64,000 bases of DNA from positions 82,646,001 to 82,710,000 of the forward strand of contig NC_043005.1 in assembly GCF_006345805.1 (NCBI RefSeq), written 5' to 3'. The stretch comes from Octopus sinensis (lineage: Eukaryota). Under the pieces are notes generated by a model. That model saw nothing but the letters and a program-made list of their open reading frames with translations. It made no database searches and had not been told where the DNA came from. Positions 27,677 to 40,774 of the stretch are shown piece by piece (positions within the stretch are counted from its first letter, which is position 1; the number at the start of each line of letters is the position of its first letter). Both the position numbers and the translations under genes were made by a program.

Positions 27677-27688
<12 letters not shown>
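27493..27688. mobile_element. Short insertion between TA repeats with a perfect 47-bp fold-back at its left end
   Basis: 27493-27539 is the exact reverse complement of 27545-27591 (loop TCGGC); TA repeats on both sides. Confidence 0.75.
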
Positions 27689-27755
<67 letters not shown>

Positions 27756-27759
27756 CATA

Positions 27760-28137
27760 CACTTGCGTCAGAAATTAATTAGCACTTCTCAAATTTCTAC
27801 ATTAAATAGGTTAAATCAATTAACCTATGAGCTGTTCAAAACGTCTTACGCGATGAGAAAACTTAGTATGGTGTGATTTCGGTCCTTGCGAGGCGCTACC
27901 TATATCTATTAAACAAAGGAATGTGTCTGCATCCGCACTCCCAGTTGTTGTTGCACTGCTATGTCAACATCATAAGCCTGTAGACTCTCAAACTGCTCTG
28001 CAAACAAAGTTACGTCATTGTTCTGCGCAACAGTGAACTCGCAACAAAGCAATAGTTCAAGATATGGCCACCAGGTGACAGCACATACCTTGAGTGAAGA
28101 GCAAATCAAGGGTGCTAATTAATTTCTGACGGTAGTG
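27760..28137. mobile_element. Tc1/mariner-type MITE, 378 bp
   Basis: 26-bp TIRs CACT(TG/AC)CGTCAGAAATTAATTAGCAC at 27760-27785 and 28112-28137 (2 mismatches), flanked by TA on both sides. Confidence 0.85.
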
Positions 28138-28144
28138 TACATAC

Positions 28145-28179
<35 letters not shown>

Positions 28180-30974
28180 CCACCGTCTTACATTTTATGA
28201 AGATATTCAGGTGTGTTCTGAAAGTGATCAAGCTGGTTTATGCCGATCGTTTGATTGACCGTTTAGATCCTGTTTGCCTTATGATATAATCTCTTGATTT
28301 TATTGGTGAATCTATTCGCCTTGGTTTTTCCTAGCTGCTTTACATCACGTACAAATTTATATTTATCTCACTCTGAGTTTGAACAGTAATCATAAGTATA
28401 GTATTTCTCCAATGGGAAAATTATATCTCATGACACCACGTAAAACTAAGCACGACACGACGGTGACGAGATCGCGAAGCAAACGAATGTACCTCTTTAT
28501 ACTTAAACAAGAGTCTAGAAAGCACCACCAAATCGCCTTAAAAAAAGACACTGTACCCTTAGCATTATGTCTTTAAAATGATCCTCATCACAGCCTTAGG
28601 CAATCAATTATGATTTGGAGTTAAACTCTAATACAAAAGAAATACTTGTAATTATATACTGACCGAACAGTATATTATTCCGATTTAAACCCCTTTATGG
28701 GAACCAATTGATGATAAAGGGCGTGAGACGAACACTACAGTTTGAATGAACGACCTTTATCTTTTTTCCCAAGTGTGTATACAAAACATTAGGACTTCAT
28801 AGTTGAATGTAATCCTTCCTTCTCTGAAAAACAAATGCTGATAATCTGTATACTAGTAAACGTTTGCAATAATATCAATGTACAAATTTCCTATTTTAAT
28901 GAATTGCCATTACTTATTTATGGCAGATAAAAGATGAAATTCCTTGTGGTGTTGTATAACATCGTAACAGATTTAATAATATATTTCTCTACATAGAATG
29001 TTTAGCCATTGTGTCTATTAACATCGTTTACGCGAAGAGATATTAGGTTTTCAATACTTCAGATTTTCATATCTGACACTAGACTTCCTACTAGATCTTG
29101 CAATTTCATGGTTGTAGTTGTATGGAGTGGTTTAACATTAGGTCAGCCTTTATTGGATAGGCTATGACCAAATGCCTTGGCAATCCATAAGTTATCGAGG
29201 CGTGCATTATCTAATAGTTTGAAAGATAACAGGGTGTGATTTGACGGACAATTGTCTATTATTTCTAGACGGTTGAGCGAGTACATAAGGGGTTTCATTC
29301 ATTGGCTAGAATTATAATGATAATTAGGATTCCTTCATATCATTAAAATGGTGTTTTCGTTTTTGTGGCAAATACCACTTCAAAAAGAATTGCGCGTGCG
29401 CGGTTAAAACTGCCTCAACAAACGAGAAAGTTCAGAGAGAAAACACGGACATTATGATTTACTGTAAGTTTACCGATATATAGAAAAAAAATGACACACG
29501 GAAAGAGTTCACATGTGGCGCTGCATTTGGCTCTCCTTTCTCTGGTGTTGATAAAACAACCAGCATCCTAGTAAACACCTGAAACTCATGCCTGGAGTGA
29601 GAGCAATTTCATTTAGTGTTTTGCTTGTTTTTATTTCTGTTGTTGCTTAACCTAAATCAGGCGAAGGCAACTGAGCTGTAAAGTTTTACAGCTATCTTTT
29701 CTCATTCCTTCCCTTCAGCATTATATATCAATAAGTACATTATCCGATATTTCCCTCCATTTATAAGACAGCGGGGTGTAATTTTCTATGAAATTGGTTG
29801 GTACTTCAAACATGTTGATCGACTGCAAATACTCGCACTCGCTGGATTATTTATGTACCTTGCTTAATGCTGAATAATTATAAAATAAATACTTGACGTC
29901 GTTGAATTATATTTAAGTGGTTGGAAGATTAGCGGAATTAAAATTCAAACATGTTGAGAATAAATATAAAAAAAATATCACAAACACGTAACTCAAACAC
30001 ACAATGAACATAAACACACACACACACACTGGCTCGTAAATTACGGGGTTCTTTGCTTTGTTTTTTTTTTTAAATCATATTTTCAAATATGATTACAATG
30101 GTTGATTGTTTCCTCATGAATAAAATATTGTGAAAATGGTGATGAAGAAGTAACATAATCATCTGATAAAATATGGACAGGAGAACTATTTTATGTGAAC
30201 CAGAACATATGTGACCTTGCTGTTGAGTGATTTCAAATATGAACTAAGCCCTGTTTGCATACACAAAGCACGACCCAACAAGGAGACCTCTATGAACTTG
30301 ATCGACTTGATAGTTAGAGGAGCTAAATATTTTGCAAAGCTTATTGTTTTTCAAAGCACATTCTATTGTCTCAAAACTGAAGGGTGCATTTTCTAATTAC
30401 ATCAAGATGTAATGTTTCCAAAAGTCAAGCCTGGAATGCATCGGATCGGTGGCGTTACACGTTCTAAATAGTACTCGGCGTTAAACATCATACACAACAG
30501 CAACAATAATAATAATTTGTTCTATGAAAATCGTATTATCATTGATAATATCACTCTATGTTCTTCCCTCTTTACGCTCTGTGTTTAAATTCCACCGACG
30601 TCGAATTTGCCATTCATCATTTCGTGGTCGATAAAATAAATACCATTTGAGTAATCGACTTACCTCCACCCTCGGACTAGCTGGTTTTATTCTAAAATAT
30701 GAAAACAGTATTATCAGTCTATGTAAGGTGGTGAACTGACAGAATCGTTGGTATTTTTTTGCGGAGGGTATTCTCTATGTTGCATGTCTCGTTTCTCTGT
30801 TTGTTTGTTTCGTTGTTCGAAAAAAGTTCGTTTCTATGTTTTTTATTTTTGTGTTTTCGTTTCTCATTGTGTTCAACGTTTGTTTGTTTTTGTTTTTTTA
30901 TGTCCTGTACCCATATATGCATGTATATATATACATATATGTGAAGGTATGTACATATATGTAACGGGAAGCTT

Positions 30975-31960
30975 TATGAAAATAAACAAAAGACGAAGGC
31001 AGGTGGAAAACAAACGAACAATTGTATTAGTATGGCGCTCAGGAAATATAAATAAAACAAGTCTTTAACGTTTCGAGCCTACGCTCTTCAACAGAAAGAT
31101 ACACAGAGAGAGAAAAACACAGAAAGAAGGAGAGAAAAAAAATGCGTGCAGTAGCTAACGAATCAACATGGCGATCTGATTTCGGCCAGAGGTCAAAGAT
31201 CAAACATGAGACGCGAGAGCGAAATAAGGGGAGATAATAGGGTTGATAAAAGGGTTGAGGGACCAGCTAAAAGTGCGTGGGATGGGTCTGGATGTGTGTA
31301 TGTATAGGGTTGGTGTATGTATTAGTATGTATAAGGGTGTGTGTGTATGAGAGAGTATTAGTGCGTAAGATTGGTCTGGACGTGCGTATGTATGGGGTTG
31401 GTGTATGTATTAGTATGTATTAGTATGTATTAGTACGTATTGGTATGTATAGGTGTGTGTGTGTGTGTGAGAGAGTATAAGTGCGTATGCGGGGTCTGGA
31501 CGTGTGTATGTATAGGGTTGGTGTAAGTATTAGTATGTACTAGTATGTATTAGTACGTATTAGTATGTATTAGTTGGTGTGTATATTAGTATGGCACATC
31601 ATATGTGATGTGATGTGTAAAGTCATGTGGTGTAGTGAGGAGAGAGGGGGGAGAGAAGGGGAGGGGTAGTAGAAGAGGGGAGGAGAAGGGGGAAGAGGAG
31701 ACGATGGGGGAGAAGGAAGGTGAGGAGGGGGATGAAGGAGGAAAGAGGGAGAGGGGGAGAGAGAGAAGGGGAGAGAGGGAGTGAGGGAGCAGAGGGAAGG
31801 GGAAGAAGGGAGGGAGAAGAGGGAAGAAGGGAAGGGGAGTAGGGGTGAAAGGATGAAGGACTGAAGAAGTAGAAAGGATAGGTGAGGAGGGGGGTTAGAT
31901 GAGGAGGGGGGGAGAGTTGAGACCAAATGGCGTATAATATGCGTATATTTATATATTATT
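30975..31960 (-). mobile_element. Non-autonomous PLE-derived repeat with purine tract, internal tandem units and HHR-like motif
   Basis: Shares its 3' end with 11995-13200. Three imperfect ~90-120-bp units (GGTCTGGA.GTG.GTATGTAT.GGGTTGGTGT) at 31275-31570; G/A tract at 31628-31920. Confidence 0.6.
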
Positions 31961-32469
31961 TATATTTTTATATGATTGAACACCACGCATTCTTTTCCAA
32001 GTAAGTTTTATCTTAATTATATACTATCCCATTCCTGTCTATCTTTCTCCGTCTCTTGTTCTTCATCCTTTCTGGTTTTCTCTCCACCCTTCCCTATTAT
32101 TCCTCTCCTCTTCACCGTTCCCTCTCTCTCACTCCTCCTCCTCGACTCTCTCGTCGCTGACGCGTGATGAAAGAGAATCTATATTTCTGCCCATTACCTT
32201 TCTAAAGACAACACGTGCTTAGACTGTCTCCTCTCATTAGCTCATCTTAAACCGAAGAGTTTAAAGTACCAGCAATGATAAGGCTGTTGACTGGGAGAGC
32301 ACAAACCTGGTTTAAACAGTAAGCTTGGCAGGAAAGAAACGTGCCTTTAAGCAGTACAAAAACAACAAAAAATGAAAGGTGCAGTTATGTACAGGTTGAC
32401 GGAAGAAAAGCAGAAAAAAAACGGCTTTATTGATCTCTTTCTCACCTGGAATAGATTTTTGTAATTTTT

Positions 32470-32600
32470 TGACGACTTATACACGCCCTGATACCGTCGG
32501 TATCGACATATCAACTTTGAGCGCAATCGGATGGAGGATGTCCGAGATCCGAGAAGACACACACACACCACACACACAGAACAGATTTTATATAATAAAT
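32470..32600 (-). mobile_element. Non-autonomous Helitron-like 5' end (Lep1-type)
   Basis: ATCAACTTTGAGCGCAATCGGATG...(CA)n...TTTTATATAATA, same layout as 40550-40680. Confidence 0.45.
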
Positions 32601-32734
32601 AAAGGGAGTTGTTCGGGCAAAATTTGACAGTTTGCAGAAAAAGAAAACGAAATCACAATCACAAATCGAAACATTAAATATTCTACAAAAGTCAAAAGGT
32701 ATCACGCATATTATGGCTGGGAGATAACAGTTTA

Positions 32735-33125
32735 CTATTAGCAGCTTCCACAACCGCTTCAAAGCTGCTCCGGAACCGGATGCATGCATCTGTTACTGTG
32801 TTCCTAGAAAGATCCTCGAACACCATCTTCATATTGACCACCGGCTCAGCCTTGGTGTTGAGGCAACTCCCTTAGTACCCTCAACTTTACCCCACATTTA
32901 GTAATACGCGGAAATTCCATCGTTAGATTTAGGAGGTCAGTGATGTAGAAATTCTTCGACAACAAATTCTGTCTCTTTCTGGATGTATGGCAAGGATCCA
33001 AATCCACTGCCAAATATATGGCCTTCTAGTATCGACTCTCTGCAAACAGGGATTGACGACAATCTCCAGTAGCTTCAGATAGACATTTGAATTGAGTCTA
33101 AGGCACTGTCCAACGATATGGTATG
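32735..33125 (-). mobile_element. Tc1/mariner (maT/DD37D-like) transposase relic
   Basis: CLRLNSNVYLKLLEIVVNPCLQRV..RPYIWQ, then frameshifted WG.VE and VFEDL.RNTV.DAC.RFRS.FEAVVEAA. Confidence 0.8.
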
Positions 33126-33524
33126 AATTCAGCGTGTGGTCGCAGTCAGAATACCTGCTGCACCTCTTTCTGCAGCTACGGACTCATTGTGTCCGCTGCA
33201 GTTGTCCACTTCACTTCTTCCAGAGATTATAGTTTTCAGTGCATTGAGCAGAAGTCATGATGTCGTATTTTGATACCAGGCGCGAATCAACATAATACAT
33301 GAAATATTTTTCTTGCTTTCAGATAGCTTCCTATCCTTCATGTCAGCTAATATTTTCTCAACAACTTTCCAATACCGTTGGTTGTTCACAAATACATCGA
33401 TTTGTTCTCGAAAACAAAAGTAAGAGACAAAATCGTAAAATTTATACCAAACAACCTTTATATTTAAAACATATGTGTGTGTATGTATGCGTGTGTGTGT
33501 GTGTACGTATTTATTTATATATAC

Positions 33525-33675
33525 GACTGGATTCTTTCAGTTTGCGCCTATCAAATTTACTCTCAAGGCTTTGGTCAGCTCGGAGCTCTACTAGGAGGCA
33601 CTTGCCCAATATGCCAATCAGCGGTACTGAAACCAGAACCATGTGGTTAGCAAACAAACATCCTACCACACATGG
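33525..33675 (-). mobile_element. SINE family B head/core fragment
   Basis: TTCTTTCAGTTTGCGCCTATCAAATTTACTCTCAAGGCTTTGGTC...GAACCATGTGGTTAGCAA. Confidence 0.75.
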
Positions 33676-34450
33676 AAAACCTCCTACCACATGTATATAT
33701 TATATCTATAATTATACATTCATATATATGACTCCATATAAATATAAATTCTTTAATCAAACCAGATTGATGGACTACTAAGGGGTGTCGAGTTATGAAC
33801 GTTGAATCATTTACCATTACGAAGCTGATCGGATCTGTTTATAATCTTGCTTATATTTTAATAAATAGCCTTCACTATTACACTTTAGTACCATACAAAG
33901 AGGAACTAGTTGAAACTTTATTTGCAATGTCAATAAATGCAACATAATTTAATCCGAGCTACTATGATAAAGCATTGGCATATAATTTTATTAGACTGAG
34001 TATATAATAATTAAACATTTGGAGGCGAGTATGTGTACATATTAATGTTTTTATAGATCTTCAGCACGTGTTCACCAGGAAATGTCTTGAAGCCATAACG
34101 ATTGTTAAGACTGTAGTTTGACAGCTGAAGTCTACCAGTGGATGTTTAATCAATTTATAACTAGATTAGATAAATATTGGTAGGTCTGTGTCACTCCCCA
34201 GTGGGTATTTCAGCTTTGGAATGTCTGAGAAATTACCTCGAAGTGTAAACAGCATTAATGCCTGCTATAAATATTATTACACACACACACATCTGTGTGT
34301 GTATGTGCGTGTGTTGCGTGCATGCGTGTGTATGTGTGTGTGTATTAACAACGGTTCCTTAGCATGGCCGCGGCTCTCGGGTGATACTAGTAAAGTAAAA
34401 TTATATAACGGTGCCTCTCTCTCCTTCTCTCTCTTTCTGTATACATATTA

Positions 34451-34802
34451 CGACACTCTGTTGGTTACAATGACGAAGGTTCCAGTTGGTCCGATCAACC
34501 GAACAGCCTGCTCATGAAATTAACGTGCAAGTTGCTGAACACTCCACAGACACGTGTACCATTAACGTAGTTCTCGCGGAGATTCAACGTGACACAGGGT
34601 GTGACAATGCTGGCCCTTTGAAATACAGTTACAATAGAAACAAGAAGAAAGAGTAAGAGAAAGTTGCGGTGAAAGAGTACAGCAGGGTGGAGGTTTAGGT
34701 GTTTTTGCTCAATAAACACTCAAAAGGCCCAGTCTAGGAATCGAAACCTCGATCCTACGACCGCGAAACCGCTGCCCAAACCACTGGGCCATTGTACGTC
34801 CA
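34451..34802 (-). mobile_element. tRNA-derived SINE, family C
   Basis: Minus-strand head GGACGTACAATGGCCCAGTGGTT...GGTTTCGATTCC (A and B boxes). The body GATTCAACGTGACACAG.GTGTGACAA.GCTGGCCCTTTGAA is shared with 39700-40000 and 55085-55290. Confidence 0.85.
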
Positions 34803-34814
34803 CTATATATAATA

Positions 34815-35150
34815 AAATTCAAGAGTTGTTCCCTTTTCAAAATAAATGCAGATATGAAGTGCAAAACGCAAAACCTCATATACTGCATTACCTGCCCAAA
34901 CTGCAAAGAAAATTACATTGGCGAAACAAATAATTCCCTCTGCCAACGTGCAATAATCCGCAGGCAACATATCCGACAAGAAGGATTACACAAAATTCCA
35001 TTAAGTAAGCATCTGGAAATATGCAGTGTCCGAAAATTCAAAATTATTCCCTTATACAAATCTGCACGGAACGATCCGTAATACCGGAAAGCAATGGAAC
35101 TACATTTCATAAAAAAAATTCTCTCCAAAATTGAATGTTTGAAGGAAAAG
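34815..35150 (+). mobile_element. Penelope-like GIY-YIG endonuclease relic with CxxC insert (Naiad/Neptune-like)
   Basis: CKTQNLIYCITCPNCKENYIGET...R...RQHIRQ....IPLSKHLEICS..KFKIIPLYK....*YRKAME..FI. Confidence 0.9.
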
Positions 35151-35282
35151 CAGAGCCAGTACATTTTGTGATTGTTCTACTATTGTTCTCTAACGCAAAA
35201 TCATGGAATTGCAAGAGGAGTGATCCAAGTTACACAGTATAAACATGACCTGTTCCCAACCACACACACACGCACACATATA

Positions 35283-35344
<62 letters not shown>

Positions 35345-35942
35345 ATCTAATAGATCTCAAACTCCAAACAAACATACTTAATGGCTGTCCACTCGCGAGC
35401 GACGAAGATCGTCATTAAGAACATTGGGTATGCGACAAATTTACACTTTACACGTATGTGTCTGCTTGTGAATAATAATAACAACCCTTCATAAAAGCAC
35501 GTGTCCGCAGACATCCTAGACCAAGCATCCCCCGTTCCCTATACCAGCGGTTCGTTTTTTAACAGCTCGCTTAAATTCTGCATGAAACATACAGACATGC
35601 ACGCATACACAGACATACACATATACATACATACATACATACATACATACATACATACATACATACATACATACATACATACATGCATACATACATGCTT
35701 ACATTTAAACATACATTTATAGCTTAACCGTTATATGTTGCAAAACGATTAGAAGTCATGTTTCTATTCTCAGACCGGGTGTTTCTATTCTCAGACCGGG
35801 TGTTTCGTTGTGTTCTTAAGCAAAAAACTCATTTCACGTTACTATGCGATCACTTTGTCATCTGACATGTGGCATACATTGTACATGTACAGGTAATGTC
35901 GATTTGATGGAGGGAGTGAGCTTATGTGTACATAGATAGTTA

Positions 35943-35982
<40 letters not shown>

Positions 35983-36374
35983 TACGTAGAGTTACAGGAG
36001 AGTTAACGGTTGTAGTAACCGACTAAAAGATAAAAATATCCGTATTTACAGTTGGTATGAGTTACCTGGGCTTGGGTATACAGGCACACTATGCTCGTAG
36101 GGTACAAGTAACAACAGAATAAACAAAGGTATATCAGCAATCAAATTTTAATAATCAGAAAATAGAGAAGACTTTTGATCAACAACCAAACAAATTGGAC
36201 CACGTCTGTAGATGTCATACAAAATATAACATAACATTTCTTACGGCCGTTTCCGCTTCCAATGCCAGTCGCTGCTATTCGTCATCTTCATAGGGCATTC
36301 GATCTATTACCACGAGTTTCATCAGAGTGAATACAAATGCGTACACACGCATATACATACATAGATACTTTTCC

Positions 36375-36520
36375 TTCTCGCCGGACGTTTTCTGTCTCCT
36401 CTTTCTGACGAAGTACTATGTTCAAAACCTCACCCCCTCTCTTTTTTCCATCTTAAACTGAGCGTCACCCTAATACATTCATTGTGATTTTTGTTGTTTA
36501 TGCTTTTATTTTTGATTTGC
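36375..36520 (+). mobile_element. Decayed PLE-type tail, related to the 55.3-55.8 kb copies
   Basis: TTTCTGACGAAGTACTATGTTCAAAAC...CTGAGCGTC...TAATAC. Confidence 0.55.
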
Positions 36521-37720
36521 CTAAACGCATACAAGAAGTTGACAGGGTGGGGTTAGGTGAAAGCGAGTGAAATAGAGAAGAGAGGAAGAGAAGAGGTCTA
36601 TAAATACATTAATATTTAACGACATATAGTTTGCTGTTCTGACTACACTAACAGAATAATCTAAAACGTATATTTATGTAACTCAGTTGTTGAAAATATC
36701 TTAAAGATATAGAGACAATATAAAAAAAGATGAAGGACGTTTTTGTGGTTAAGCACCAACAACGTATCTGAAGCGAGGTGAAGTTATTTATTTATACTAA
36801 TAATATAACGTTTATAACGAGATATTATTATTCAAAGTCTTTAGAAAATAATGAAAGCGTTTAATGTATAACTGATTTAAGATAACCTGAAGGCTAGAAA
36901 ATATAGAATAATATAGATAAAATACATTAACCGTAGAATAGAAATTTTCTTGAAATTGTGAATAAATAAAACGTTATTTATGATGAGGTTAAATTAAATG
37001 TTTGTTATTAGATGGTTTTAAAGATAGCAACGCGTTAATGATGTGTAAGTTGTAAAAGATGAAGATAATAAAATAGCGTTGATTCCATAAAGTAAGTTAA
37101 AGTGAATCGAGTTTCGATAAAAGGTGAAGCCATGACAAATTCTTATACGTTTCTGTAGGAGAGGTAGATGCGAGAATACGATCGAGTTGTTAGAAACGTA
37201 GACAAAGCATTGTAAACATTGAGAGTAAGTTTAACCTCAGACAAAACTACAGATGTAAAATGTTGTGCTATAAACAAAATTATAATTGAAGCAAAGTTCA
37301 TACATATATGAAAACACGAAAATACGATCGACTTTTAACATAACAAATTGCTTTTTTTTCTTCTTTTTTCTACTTCTTTTTTCCCAATAGGCGGGTTTAT
37401 GAAATAGTGTGTATAACAATAAGATATTTTTTATACGCTTCAACGAGGTTCAATAAACTAACATTGTTAAATTTTTACGTCATATATACACACGCACATT
37501 TGTGCACACATGTATGCATACAGGCATGCATACGCACATACATGCATGCTTGCATAGATACATACATACATACTTACATACATACAGTCTTACATACATA
37601 TATACATATATACATATATACATGCTTGCATACATACATACATACATGCATGCGTGCTTGCATACATACATATACATATATACATACATACATACATACA
37701 TACATACATACATACATACA

Positions 37721-37753
<33 letters not shown>

Positions 37754-39699
37754 GGTGATTGCTCCATCTTCACAATTAATTGTCATCTCTTTATACTTTC
37801 TCTTTTCCAGTAACATTTCTGATTTACCAGACAGATTTACCTCAAATGCATATATAGTCCCGTTACATATTTGCATGGGTTGAAGCATAGGTGATAGGCG
37901 GAAGTTGTAACTTAGGGGTCGCTTCCATCTGTACATCATTGGATAATAGTGACAAAAACTTGTATGACATGAATACCACTCTCTCCGTGATTAGTCCCTA
38001 GTGGCAAACCGAAGCATGATGACCAGCAATCTCAAGAAACAACAGGTTTACGGCAGTTTTCTTCACCCAGGTGTATCAGAGGACAAAAGTTAGAGGTCCC
38101 TCAATTTCGGGAGTTTCATTACATTTCCTGACAGTAACCCAGGGTATTTCTGCATCCCTGCGCTCAGATGGATTGTCATCACATATGCTAATAAACACAT
38201 AGTTGAGAGTCTGACAACTCCTCCGAGTCAGAACTGACCTTGAAAGAATAGGGGCTAAGTGCTTCCAGAGTCCTCAAAACACTGGAAGTCCTAAACCAGA
38301 GCTATCATGTCCACTACCTAGGACATGCATATATGCACACATACATACATGCATACAAATATACATAGATATATACATACAGAGGTTTGTCTTTTAATTA
38401 TATATTCACATATCTAGATATGTGACTATATGCAAGAGAGTACATACATAAAACAAAGCATACAAATCTGCACATACACTGGCTCCAAATACTGCACATA
38501 TACGCACATGCATGTAAGAATACCTGTTGATGCTATTGAAATTCCAATAAAGCAGCTTTATATCTTGGTTACAAACCGGCTTCTGTATTGGCAAGAAATC
38601 TTGAAATAAAACTGAACAATGACACACATACATATATACATATATAGACACACATACATGCATACATACATATACATATACATGCGTACATACGTACATA
38701 CATACATACATACATACATACATACATACATACATACATACATACATCATACATACATACATACATACATATATACATACATAAATACTTACATGCATAC
38801 AGACAGACAGACATACAGATAGACAAACAGAGGCCTACGGAAAAGAAAATCATTCAGCTAACATACTGATTGCAAATGCTATCTGCGAGCGGGAGAGTAA
38901 AATATTTCAAGATTTTACTGAAGATCAAAATGTTAATTTATTTTTGATACCTTATATTCCGACGTTGGAACTTTGTGTCGTGTGATAGAGACCAGCATCT
39001 TCTTTAGAAAAATTCTTCAAATGATTAGAAATAGTAGAGAACATACATAACTACATACATACATATATACATACACACACACAAATACATACATTCATAC
39101 ATACATACATACATACATACATACATACATGCGTAATGGTTACGGAGAGGGAAGAGAAACGATACACAATAGAAGAAATGGTTAGCGCTGCTGATGTCAA
39201 CATAAAGCTGAGGAGCAGTGAAAAAGTTATCACCTGACGCTGAGCTATTACGAAATTTACAGATACTTCACTCGGATCACACTTTCAGATTCATACTCGT
39301 AATTATAAGATCACTTAGATATGTGACCAACTACCTCAAACCAATCTTCAGAATTTAGGTTTCTCAAAACCAGAAAAGAGAAAGCAAATCAGAGACTACG
39401 GATACAAGACATCAACTGAACTGTCAATGCATGTAAATCTTTCCAAAATTTAGTATCTCAGTACATATGCGCATACCTGGACATACAACTATACGTAAGA
39501 GTATACATACATAAAACCAAATACACAGAGTTGCGCATGTACTGAGTCCAAACCCTTGTACATACGCACAGACACATGCACAATTACGCTCTTAGTGCTG
39601 CTGAAATTAACAAGTCATGGACCTAGGCTCGAAACCGGCTCTTCTACCATGGGAAAGAAGTCTGTGAACAAAACTAAATATCGTTCATATGCTGCTACC

Positions 39700-40000
39700 A
39701 CTCCGTCACTTACGACGATAATGGTTCTAGTTGATCCGATCAAAGAAAGAGCATGCTAGTGAAATTTAGGTGCAAGTGGTTGAGTTCTGCACAGACGTTC
39801 TCGTAACGTAATTCTCAGGCAAATTTAGTGAGACACAGAATGTGACAAGGCTGACCCTTTCAGTTACAGGTACAGCTCTTTTTTGCCAGCTGAGTAAACT
39901 GAAGCACACATTGCACCGCCGGAAATCGACCCCATGTCATTTCGATCGTGAAACGAATGCCCTTACCACTAAGCTACGTACCTTCACAATATTCATATAC
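39700..40000 (-). mobile_element. tRNA-derived SINE, family C-like
   Basis: Minus-strand head GTACGTAGCTTAGTGGTAAGGGCATTCG...GGGTCGATTTCC; body shared with 34451-34802. Confidence 0.7.
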
Positions 40001-40189
40001 ATATATATCTGTGTGTATGCGCTATGGAGTATGCATGTCTGTACGAGTGAGTGAGAAATTACATTCGAGACTTTACCCCCAACACCGCCACTTCTGCTAA
40101 TAGCTGCAGCAGCCGCAAGTTATTCGAATACTTTTTTTGTTTACACTTTCTTTATAACTACCACCCCAAACGTTTTACCTTAAATTTTT

Positions 40190-40672
40190 GACGTACCCTA
40201 AGGGTCCTCGGACGCTACTTGCAAACTCTTGGTTTATTATAAACCGCTTTTGTCGTGTGCACCAAAAAAACCATTTCCATTCGTTTGTTCAGTTTGGTCA
40301 CTTTTGACTTTTTCGTTGTTGTCACTCACATTGCTGCCCGCGTTTTTGTCGTTTTTGTACATTTTTATACATTTTGGGATACTTACCACACGTGTTCCGA
40401 GAGTTAAAAAGGTCGAGTTGCGTCCCCTAGACAGTCTGTAGAAAATGTGTTGCATATAAAAAGCTTAGATTCTCGACCCATGTCGAATTTATCGATTTTC
40501 TTTCAGAACTGGGGGAACTTTTCAAAATTTTCGCTGCATTAGTTTTGAATTATGACATTGGGCTATGTGTGTGTCAAGTTTCATCAGAATCGGTTGAAAG
40601 CCGTGGTCAGGGTGAGGGTACAACCTGACAGACACACAGACACACAGACAGACAAACTGCCGTTTATATATA

Positions 40673-40680
<8 letters not shown>
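40190..40680 (-). mobile_element. Non-autonomous Helitron-like element, 3' truncated
   Basis: Minus strand begins TATATATAAACGGCAGTTTGTCTGTCTG... followed by CCGATTCTGATGAAACTTG, the Lep1-type 5' layout. No 3' hairpin or CTAG seen; left boundary approximate. Confidence 0.55.
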
Positions 40681-40708
<28 letters not shown>

Positions 40709-40732
40709 TGTATGTATGTATGTATATATATA

Positions 40733-40767
<35 letters not shown>

Positions 40768-40774
<7 letters not shown>

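Noticed and set aside
31275-31570. Spaced repeats as a possible CRISPR-like array
   Set aside because: Units vary as a minisatellite with no unique spacers; eukaryotic context, no cas genes
31570-31926. Pro/Ser/Leu-rich ORF
   Set aside because: Translation of a CT-rich tract within a repeat
35760-35801. Exact 21-bp tandem duplication
   Set aside because: Slippage within a decayed SINE B-box region; unremarkable
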